From Hydrolagus colliei (lineage: Eukaryota): a DNA stretch of 64,000 nucleotides. How positions within the stretch are numbered: the stretch's first letter is position 1; each line of letters begins with the position of its first letter. Position numbers and translations under genes: made by a program. Positions 1-11,000 of the stretch are shown here, piece by piece. Below the pieces are notes generated by a model. That model saw only the letters and a program-made list of their open reading frames with translations. It ran no database searches and was not told the DNA's origin. The stretch is taken from the NCBI GenBank assembly GCA_035084275.1, contig CM068748.1, positions 14,322,001 through 14,386,000 on the forward strand, in the 5' to 3' direction.

Positions 1-580
1 CAACAGGAAAGAATCTTACATTTAATGCTTTAATCATATTGTCAAAACGTCTCAAAACTCTTCAGGATTTATGTAAAATGCAGTGTCTGTGAATTTATCG
101 GGTGGAAAATCTTATTGAAGCAAGCTAGTTAACCCAATGATGTGCATTAACTGTCATTCACTGTATTACAGTGAATCACTGTAAGATCCTAGATAATAAT
201 GAAGTGTAAGTGGTTAAGATATCTACTTTGTAAGTGTTTCGTAGTGTTTCTCCTCTAGCCCCACCCTCTCCCACCCCAGACCACCTAACCAGAAATTAAC
301 CAGACTGCATAATGTAATAAGGACTGCTCTCTCACAAACATGTATGTGCTTGGAATCAGGGATAATACTTGGAATTATAGTTTGTATGATCCTAAATTAT
401 TAAATGTACCATGTAAAATATTTAGTTAGACAACCTATGAGACTCATCTAGAAATTGTATAGCTGAGAAAACTAGATCAAGTGATCTAAAATGTGATTAA
501 ATAGAGGCAAGGCAATCTGTTTGATTTAGCATGGTTACCATTCTGACAGAGTGCATCAAGTTACAGATGTGCTTGATTCA

Positions 581-715
<135 letters not shown>

Positions 716-3460
716 TCATATTCTTCAGATTGTTAGAATGCGCACACACTCTCCCTCCTTGGAGGAACGCATCCCGCTTATCTAATTCTGGAAAATATTA
801 GGCACAGTAGGACAAGACAGGTACCGAGGACATTGCACAAGTACTGAGCTGCCAGCACAAGTTTAGCACTAAACTTTCAGTAGTGGAAATGTGCTTTTTA
901 ATTAAAAAAACACTAGTCTGTACTCAAGATTACATTTGCCATGTGATGGAATGATAATAGATAGTCCAAGTAGTTTTGTTTCATTCCTTTTTTTATTATT
1001 CCTACAATAAACGTGCTGCCAGCTTGTTTGATCCTATACCGGTATGTTATTAAAAGAATCATCAAAATTTCTAAATCGTCCTGACAGCTCGGGATGAAAT
1101 GGTTTCTTTATCAAAGGGAAAAAGCTCAGTGAAGAGATCAGTGTGAAATGTACGCTCTCTACCTGTGTGGTTGTTTCTATGACAACCCTCCTTTTAATTC
1201 CAATTTTTTTAACAGAATAAAGCACTTCTCTCAACTTCCATCTGTAGCGAGCTCCACTCACTTCTTTATAGATATAGCGAAGGCCTCAAGGAGGCACTCT
1301 CAGCACAGAGGTAGGTAGCTCTGAGTAACATCACAGCATTAACCAACATCACCCAGCTATTGTGGTCTTTGGTGACATGGCCGGAGCAAGGCTTATGAAC
1401 AACACTGCACAGGTCTGTTAGGAACCGTGTTACTTTGAACAAGGACACTGCTGTCTGTTTGTTCTACTATGAGATGCTATTTTCTGCAGGATAGTCAAAG
1501 CTGAAGCCAGTCTATAATGAATGGCTTCAAGCTGTGTTTGTTAAATGGCAGGTTTTATTCACTCTGGGAATTACAGGGTGTTTTTTACATTTGTATGTTT
1601 ACATCACCTCCTGTTATTTACTGGTTTGCTACTCTTTGCTTTTTACTTCATAGCAGCTCTATGATAATCCCATTCGGTGGCACAACAGCACTTCTCAATT
1701 TTCATACAAATTAGAACTTAGAACATTAATATTCAGCTCTTGCATTTTCACACACTCTGTAAAGCCATAATCATAGATTTCATGGATAATGGTATATTTT
1801 ATCTGCTGAGGTATTTTTGATTGTACATCCTGCACTAATATTTCACCTTGTTAAATATTGACTCAAAGATACAATGTTTTAAATCATTTGAAGTAAATGT
1901 TTTGAATCATTTTGATGAATAACCATCTTGGGTTGGGGGGGCGGTGTGGGGGTTGCCTCAACATTGATCTGTGAGCCTCAGCAACATGTGTAGATGCCAC
2001 TGCCCACAGTAGCAAATGGGCATTTGAGATTTCCTCTCTATGTTCTTACCTGAAAGAGCACATTTTCCAGCAGAGTGGTCAGCGGACTGCAGTAAGGATT
2101 GGAAATCCTGGCTAAGTTGTGCCAAATTTTATGCCACTGTGCCTTCTTCCAAAAGCCAAATATTTTTAGGCAAATGTAAGAAAATTGTTTTTAGAAAAAT
2201 AATCATAACCGTTTTTTACTTTTTATTTTGTTGTTGTTGTTATTACTAATAACAGGTATCGAGTTGCTGAGGGCTGGTTGCTGGACGTGTTTAAATATAA
2301 ACAGCTTGATGTGATGGGAAGATGATAGAGTGGGTGTTTTGGAAGCATGAAATCGATGGGCCTAAGGGCCTTTCTTATATGATCTTATGAAGGCAAACCA
2401 ATGTGAATAGCAGTCTCACCTGTGAGCACAATCTCAGCATCACAGAGTTACAAAGTGAGCACTTGTTTGCATCAAAGACTAAGCCAGTTTGGCAAATACT
2501 GACTCTACCTTTCTTCATCTTTCCATTGTTTATATTGCTTATAGTATAATTGCCTATTGCTTCTATTATAAATACTGGCTGGTATTATTAACTAGTACGG
2601 AGTTCACATTTATGCAGTCAAAGTGATCTTGCTCCAACCTTCACAACAACAACACCAAAATTACATTTGTATAGCGCCTTTCAAGTCAGGAGGACGTCAC
2701 AGCTGTTGGTTTTGATGTACATTTTCTTTGCCAACAGTCATACTTGATCTATCCTTCCTCCACCCACTCAAATAATAAGACTAATTTCTGAAAAATTACT
2801 CCTTTTATTCTTTGAAGTGCTGAGGTTCCAGATGTACTATGATCATCAGACTCGAAATAGTCCTGGCAAAGAGTGTTTTTCAACATGCCGCATTGTTTGG
2901 TAACTCGTTTGCCTGACAACTGGACACCTGCAGATTTCATATAATTCTGTTTCTCATTGCTACAAAACTGCATTTGTGAATATCTTGCAATGTCTGTTCA
3001 TGGCCTCCACTAATTTAAATGTAGTTTATTAAATATAGTTTGGGCTTCTAAGGGTCAACAGATGACTGGTTACGATAAATTTAGCAGTTGGAAGCTGCTA
3101 CAAATGTTCTGAAATTAGGTCTTCTCTGTTAGAAATTTGCATTGTGGACTTGCTCAGGAATAAAACAAATTGCATCTATGCACTAGCTTGCCTAATGCAT
3201 AATGATGAGCTTTTTGCTTGATTTTGATGGCCTTTCAGACAAACGTCTACCGACCCTCATTTTCAAGGCTCATACATGTATAGTGGTCTCTTGGGCTGGG
3301 TATCGGAGTACAAAAGCACTCAATTGAAGGAAAATGTAGTCAGGAGAAGGAGAGGGGAGATCCGAGAGTGTTAATGTTCTAGTAGCACAATGCCTCTTGG
3401 CTTCCGCTCTGAAATTTTGCATTAATCCAACCATTGGTCCCGACATCAGGGTATACTTAC

Positions 3461-3536
3461 GTGTAAGCTTCAAAATCCCCATTATTGATGGCTTCAATCA
3501 ATTGCTCGGTGATCTTGATGATGTCCTGCTTGCGTG
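3461..3536 (-). CDS. CAMK2G: First hub (association) domain exon (76 nt): [25 protein letters not shown](T)
   Basis: aactttag|CA CGC AAG ... TAC AC|gtaagt; canonical 76 nt. Confidence 0.97.
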
Positions 3537-6500
3537 CTAAAGTTTTTTGGGAAAAAACATACGAGAGTAACATAAGATGCCGCTCTGCAAAATGTCCATC
3601 TTGTGAACTCGGATTCAAGACACCCAAGTGCTTTCAGTGCAACAATTTATCCCATCCACAAGGGCCAAAAGAATGTTTGCTGAACAGCTCAAAGCCCATT
3701 TGTAAATAACTGTGTCCCTTTGTCAGATTGTGTGACAGAGGCTACACAATGCTATCTAGGAACACCAGAAATACAGTGAGTTAAGGCTGCAAAATACTGC
3801 CAAAGTCTATTCACCCAAATTAGACTACATCGCTCCCTCACTTGCCCACTTTAAGGCACGTCTCAAGAGGCCCATTTCTTCCACCATGCCTTCTGCCACC
3901 TTTCTACGCTCTCTGCCCTCCCTGATCCCAACCCCCGCACCCACTGCTCAAGTCCAAAAACCTGACTATCCAGCACTTTGGAACGTCCTACTGATGTGAC
4001 GTCCATCTGGCTATACAAATGTAATTTTGCATTGCATTGTGTACTTTTAAAACTGGGAAAAATATTCAAACTATATCTATCATTGGCATCAACAGCCACT
4101 TAAGTAACTGGGGGAACCTTCCCCATGTCCACTTTGTAAGTTGTATTTATTTTATATATCTATATTGAATTTTTTAGATAATAATTACAAACAAGTAATC
4201 AATTATCAGTCGCTTTCTGTGTGGAATGCCCAAAGGCACAAAGAAACCGAAACAATGCAATCTAAGACCATTCAGTAGAAAAACCAACTCACCAACATTT
4301 GCTTAAATTGCTCTCAACATTAAGGCAGGGAGGTGGGTGTTAAGAAAACAGCACTGAAGATACTAAAAACCAGTGTAGAAGGGATCTAGAAGGAAGTTAT
4401 CAGCGTTTGTGATGAAACAACACAAATACTGGAAACGTGCAATTTGCCTAAACTAAGAATCTCATCACGTCCTCCTAAGGTAGAAATATGCTACCTCCTT
4501 AAACCAGGAGCCATATGCTGCTTTCACCACTTTGACAGGGTTGCTAACCTAGGTGACTTTCACAGTGTGTTAGTGACTCTGTAAACCAGAGCACTTGGTC
4601 TGATCCTCCCTGTATGGAGTTTCAATTTTCACATTCAGTTCAGATCGGCAGCCTCGGGCGGGATTGGGCAACAAAAGAATAATGTCTTGATTCTCTCCTC
4701 CTAACCTCATAGCTTGCATGGCTATTTTGGTCCTGTTTCTATATTGAAATGTCCTTCACCTTCAGGCGTAGGGCCTTCACAATGTGCATACCAGCTACCA
4801 ACACTGTTGGTAACTGCAGTCTCCTTGGGATCTGAACCAGCCTGCCAATAGAATGTCTGAATCGAGCCAGCCCTCTATGGTGGTTTCTGTTTCTGGTCCG
4901 ATTCGTGAGCTCGGTGCGTCCGCAGTATTCCAGGATAGCACAGGACTCTGCCTGTGCTGCGGGTGACGCACAGGCAGAGTGGTTCATCGGCAGGACCTGG
5001 AAGAGCACACCAGACCCTGGGGGCAGTCATCCCACTTAACTTCTGTTAACTGTGCAAGCCAAAGCCCTAACAGGTAGGGTGGTCTTTGCTGGACAAGTGG
5101 AGGGAAGGCTTGCTGGACAGCAATCTCAATGGCAAGCTATCTAGTTTTAGCTGGTTAGACTCCCAACATTACCCCAACACACATTCTGGGGTCCCCAAGC
5201 TTTGGTTCTTGCCAACCTACGTCTAATACTTTCTGGCATTAGATAGGCAGAATGTGTCCTTTCAGGAAGAGGGTGCTCAATCCATTCCAATGTTCTATTT
5301 AACAAACAGACTTGCTCGGGATGGATTGTATTATGCATCTGACATGAAGTCATTTAATATGAAGATTCTCATAGGGAAGAAATCTACTGGTGGACATGTC
5401 TATTTGTACTGTTTGAAAGGAACACTATTGTAGACATGTCACTATTATCAGCGGCCTCCTGACATGAAAGGTGCTATACAAGTGTAGTATTGTTGTGGTT
5501 GTTGTTATCGAGAACGCAATTGCTACATGCGACTGAGAGCTCTCTCTCACTCGTTTTTCTCTCTCTCCTCTCTCTAGCTGAGTTTGTCGGGAGAAAGCTG
5601 AGAGCTAAGCTCACGTGAATTTGAGTGTAAGTGCAGGTGGGGGGGTTGGGGGGCGGGGGGTGGAAGGACCCACTGGATGTTCTGTCCAGCTAATACATGT
5701 CAGCACCGTGGTAGAATACACTACAATTTATGACTCAGTCCACCATAAGAGAACCAGAATTATGCCTCACTGACTCAACATACGATTAGCTTTCCAGTGA
5801 TATTCAAGATTGGCATAACACCTCCAGTTACTGAAGGAAGCCCAACCTTTGTGCCTGTCCCTACTGCACAGATCTCTGACCACTGAGCACATGCTGGTAG
5901 TGTACTGCAGTGGACATATTATGTGGGTCCACAATAAATTTGTACTACAAACAGACCCACACTATCCCGAGATGCACTATAGTAGGGGTCAGCCTGTAAT
6001 TATAGCAATAAATTCTATTAATCTGTCTTTATACTATAAAGAAATGTTATATATTTATATTATACAATTATATAATGTATACGGTATTTCAATAGTAATG
6101 CATTAACTCCAAATCTTTGGAAGGTAAAAAGAATCAGGATTTCTAAACTGTTGGAAATGTCACCAATAAGCCCAGTGCCTTGAGACGTCCTCTTTGCATG
6201 AAATTCGCTATATATGTGTCATTATGTTGCTGATATGTTGTTAGGTTGTATCTCTAGCCAGTGGTTTCTTTGAAAAGTACATTTTATGTAGGTTATGCCG
6301 TAAATGAAATGGGTATATATCCTATTGTACTGCATTTCAACAACACCCACACCAGCACTCTAACCGGTACTCTGCACTCTCCTGTCATGTCCGTATCACT
6401 GCCACCCTGTAACATTATCTTTCCTACCCTTTACCACAAACCGGGGAGGTGGGGAGGTTGAAAGAAGAAGTCCTAAGCATCCTTTAAATCGGTACCAACA

Positions 6501-7230
6501 TGCAAAACACAACACTTGGAAATAATCAACACAACACACCAAAATGTGCTAAAAAAAGAACTCAATTATTTATTTTTGAAAGAAATTTGTTTGCCCAATT
6601 TTGCGATTAATTTGCCGTGAAAAGAAATGAGCAACAGTTGATGGTAGAAATTTAAAGTAAGCTGTTACAGGTATCGTGGATCACAATAAGTCTCAATCTT
6701 AAACACAAGAGGGCGAAGAAATTCTTTAGTCATTAAAGTTAGCGCACCTTGACAGCTTTTTAATGGGGGAAAATAACCCACAAGGAGAATTTCGTTCCAT
6801 AGAAATGCAATTCAAGGAGCCCTTTGACAATAACTTGATAAGACATGACAAAGTCACAGTATTATCAGGTCCTTAGTTTAGAGACACAACACACCGAGTA
6901 AAAACACTCTAAAGGCTCGGTTGTGCATTTCATCAAATGCTTGAAAAAATCTTGAACTCATTCTCTGCCAAAATCAACCACCATGATAATTGCCAAAAGC
7001 AGCTTTAAATAATTCTTTTTAATAAACTATTTTCTATTTGTTTTTTCCCATTGCCATCTGCTCCTGATCTCCAGGCTGCTTGTGCCGGGCTGTGTATCCA
7101 CAGGCACTGATTGCCCTCCAGTGCCCTGCCCAAGTCGCCATTATTCATTTGTGAGCCTTGATAGTGAGTTTCACTCATCTCTAGCGAGTGACACAGCTCT
7201 GAGGTCTGACCTCTGCTCACCCAGCTGTCT

Positions 7231-7261
7231 CACACACAAACACACACACACACACACACAC
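7231..7261. repeat. (CA)n microsatellite
   Basis: cacacacaaacacacacacacacacacacac. Confidence 0.95.
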
Positions 7262-7410
7262 TACCTGTGTTGAGGGTGGTTGGGGGAGTTATAGAAATAC
7301 CATTACCAGGGATCCCAATCACCAATCTCTTGGTCCATCTCCTTCAGCATCAATGCACCATCAGAGTTGCCACTCACCGAAAATATTTTAAAGGTTTATC
7401 TCAGGTCCCA

Positions 7411-7720
7411 ATAATAATAATTCATGCATTTGATATAACGCTTTTCATGTCTTCTAGACGTCTCAAAACGCTGCACAGGATATACTGCAAAGTGAATTGA
7501 CTGTATATTTGTGGGAGAAATGTGGCAGTCAATTGCACACAGCAGTTTCCCACAAACAGTCGTGGATTGAAATGACCAATTTATAATTGTTTTTTTCTTG
7601 AGGGATTATTATCAGGCATGTGGAATAAGGAAACTTACCCAAGGTTTCACCCTGCCTAGAATTGAACCCAAGTCTCTCGCTTGCAAGGCGAGTGCTCTAA
7701 CCACTGAGCTACAGGACTCC
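7411..7720 (-). mobile_element. tRNA-derived SINE with L2-type tail (internally shortened)
   Basis: Head GGAGTCCTGTAGCTCAGTGGTTAGAGCA...GGTTCAATT (A and B boxes); tail ...TGAAAAGCGTTATATCAAATGCATGAATTATTATTAT shared with many fragments in this window. Confidence 0.85.
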
Positions 7721-7986
7721 ACATGAAACTGAAGTGTTAGAAATAATATAGATAAAAAGAAACATTGGCTGTCAACATTTTCTTTTGCATAGTGAGACCA
7801 CAATATGCTTTGACAAATTAATAATATTCAATCATTATTGTTAAGATACTGTAGTCTGCTTTACAGTTAATGTTTTAGGTAGTAGTAGGTACAAAAGATT
7901 TAGTAATGATTCACTCTATCTAAATCTCTGCCAGGTTTAGATACAGAACTGAGCCAGTGCTCAGAAAACCCTTCTGCTTCACTTAC

Positions 7987-8070
7987 ACTGTGTGGGAGGA
8001 GATGCAGGTGGAAACAGCTCTGAATTATCAGAATGACTCACTGTACATGTGAGATCCACAATTTCAGTGG
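7987..8070 (-). CDS. CAMK2G: Candidate linker cassette exon (84 nt): ATEIVDLTCTVSHSDNSELFPPASPPTQ(S)
   Basis: ctgttttcttttccccccacaaatattcag| ... CAG T|gtaagt; multiple of 3; open in the required phase 1-1; sits where gamma and beta carry extra pre-hub cassette exons. Confidence 0.7.
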
Positions 8071-11000
8071 CTGAATATTTGTGGGGGGAAAAGAAAACAG
8101 GCATGAAGATATATATAGATACAGGCCCCAACAAGAACACCAGTAACAATTATGGAATTCAAGCAAATAAAATATGCTCCCATTCTACCAGTGATACCTT
8201 CTATTGAGCTGTGTGATGAAGAAATCACTGCCTACTTCTGACCTTTGACATTAAAATGTTGAAATGGATGAAAATTAAGGTTTGTACAGTGACTCCCTCC
8301 AGTTACTGGCAGGATTCCATGTTTGTGACTCAAGTCTCTCTCAAAAACTTTTGTTAATGAGTTGCCAGAAATTAGATTGCCTTGTGTTATTCTGCAGGCT
8401 CAACAATTAGCTGGGGCTTGCTAACCAAGGTAGACTGACGTCTTGGAAAAGTCAAGTTGGTGGGTTGTGATGGGAATCAAACTATGGGTAGCATTAACCA
8501 TTACTGATCAGAGACATTTTTAATACAAGAGATTCCGATAAAGAAGACTCTACATCCAATTCCAATTTATCTGTCTAGAAACGCCAATCGTACTGCCTTC
8601 CAATTATCATGTCTAGCCTTTTCTTTCATATACAGTATTTATTTCTCCTGCTAGTTTGGCTTCTCCTTGCAACAGCCCCTAACCCGAAGGGTGGCCAGTT
8701 AAAAGTGCCCCATTTGTTCTGTCTTTTGTATTTTATTACTGTTACCGCAAAACAGCAAATTCAACTTTTCTTGTCCCTTTGTTTTTTTGTGTTTTCATCA
8801 GAGGTTCACTGATGTAATGCCAGATGCATCTATTTGTTGAAGGGTTCAGAGAGCAGTGTCAGAGGTGCAGATTTTAACTGAGGGATGAATGCAGAAGTCG
8901 GCTTTTAATACATTATGTATGACTAATATCCATAAAGCTAAAACCTCACAGGTTCCTTTCACAGCAGGAACAATGAAATTACAGATTACATTTCGTGTAA
9001 CATATGATTCATGTTTTTTTTAATTTTGTGCATGTATATATTTCTATATAATCTAAATAATTTGTCTATAACCTATTGCCTATTGCTTAAACATCTGTCT
9101 ACAACAGGATCTATGTAGCATAAGGACAGAGGAATGTTAGGATTTAATGGCCACACTGATTGGTGTTGCTTAGGTTGGGACCATTAGCCTGGCCCATCTC
9201 AGCAATAGGCTACACTGTTGAATTCTCCAGCTGAGAAAACCACATTAAATAGTGTAGGGCAATGAAAAGTCACACAAGCTGTGCACAACTCACATGTGGG
9301 AGATGGGACTTTCTGTTATCCCGTATATACCACTGTCTAGAAATTCGTAACAAAGGCATGTATGAAGTAATTGTAGATGATGGAATATTCAGACCAACTC
9401 AATGTTATATACAATGAATACAACACTACACAATATTGGATTATATCAGGCCTTCCCAGTATCTGCAGCTCAGCAACTCAGGCTCGGTTGCTAAAGTACA
9501 GGAGCCGCAAGGGTTGGGGACAGGAAATTCAAACTGGAGAATGGCTCTCCAGTTTAAATACACCAAGCAAGCTAATGATGAGTGAAATATCCTTACCACC
9601 AACAGAAACACGGAAAATGTTTGTATTCCTGTGCAATAGATGATATTTTTCTTACAAATATGGCAAGATATTTTAACCATCTAATGCTATAATAGATTTT
9701 TTAAAAAAGAAAACGCCTAACATCTGCAAAGAACGAATGACTGAATCATAGTCAGTTAAAGAGGTAGGATGCGATGTCCAGAGCATGTTAAAAAGCTCTG
9801 CAGTGCAGTCATGTAAAATCCGATCTTTTCGCTTTTTATGGCCTTAATTGGAATGTACACTTGGCTGATGGAGAGAAATGCCGCAGTTATACTATTTAGT
9901 TGTTTTGCGAGCATCAAACCACTTGCTCATGCTCGTGAGTGCACATTAGGGAGGACATTTTCCTTTCTGTTGCATCTACTACAGTTATTCTACCGTGGCC
10001 TATGTACAGTAATAGATTTCATAAACTATGACCCCCCCCAAATCACATCCAGCACTGCTGACAAACAATGACAAATGTGCCTTTCTCTCTCTTGGAGAGC
10101 TACCTCAAACTAATTCCTAATGGGCACTTATCCACAACAATGCAATCTGGTACCAATTAGCAGTACATTTATAGTCTTGCTCAGTTAAGGGTATTTCATG
10201 GAACAATCAAACAATCACATTGAGGGGTGAACTTGTCTAATTAACATGTTGGGCTACCATGCTATGATGGATCCAAAGTGCTGGGCCCAGCTGCTTAGTG
10301 GAAAAAGTGGTGAAATGTTTACCATTACTGACGTCTCTCACCTTGATGACATGAGAGACGTCACTTAACCTTTCACTTTAAATCATCTCTTTAAACGTGT
10401 TCTATTGTCCTGCCAGCTTTTTGTGCAGATCTGCAGAGCTGTCTAACCTGCCTTCAGCAACAATGCTTTACAAATGCAAAGCGGAACTGCGTCAATGCAT
10501 TTGTGATGCGATCAGATTCCAATCATGACGCATTTTGTGCAATTGTTTCCTGGCCAAGAAAGAAATGATCACTGGGGCTTTGACCAGCCAGACTGCTGCA
10601 ATCAGATTTGTACATAAGTCACTAATGCACCTATTCTCTGGAATTCTTTTTCCAAATCACTTTTACCATGTGCATTCTCTTTCCCTGCCTTCATTGTATC
10701 TTCGTCCATAGTTTTGATCCACTTCCTTAAATTTCCCTATTCTTCCCAGCTCGGAGATCCCATTGCCTTGATAAAGTGGGTTGAGACGTTAATTTATGTG
10801 AAAGGCACCATGTAAACGCAAGCTGTTTCTGTAACCCAGCACAGTTGTACCTCAGAGTAATATTACCTTCATAAATTGTAAGACACAACTCATGTTTCTA
10901 GGAGCCTAATAAAACTGAAGCCTGATTTTGACAACAAATAACTGGTTATTTGGAATCAAAATTGGTTTGGTGAAGTGAAGGAGAAACTGAAAATATTTCT

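Noticed and set aside
5700-5780. RE1/REST half-site TCAGCACC (also at 13441) and two AP-1 TGACTCA motifs
   Set aside because: The RE1 right half is missing; AP-1 7-mers are expected several times by chance in 64 kb.
7030-7170. Plus-strand (antisense) exon after a pyrimidine tract ending ctccag
   Set aside because: No partner exons and no recognisable coding content; cannot be supported.
7645-7720. tRNA-Ala(TGC) gene
   Set aside because: The anticodon arm is intact (CTCGC-CTTGCAA-GCGAG), but the T and acceptor stems are mispaired and the sequence runs on into a SINE body and tail.
9597-9628. 32-nt phase 1-0 exon (GIQTFSVFLLV, GTG|gtaagg) that would restore frame together with 4792-4996
   Set aside because: Weak polypyrimidine tract, and the joint peptide is unlike any CaMKII linker; probably coincidence.
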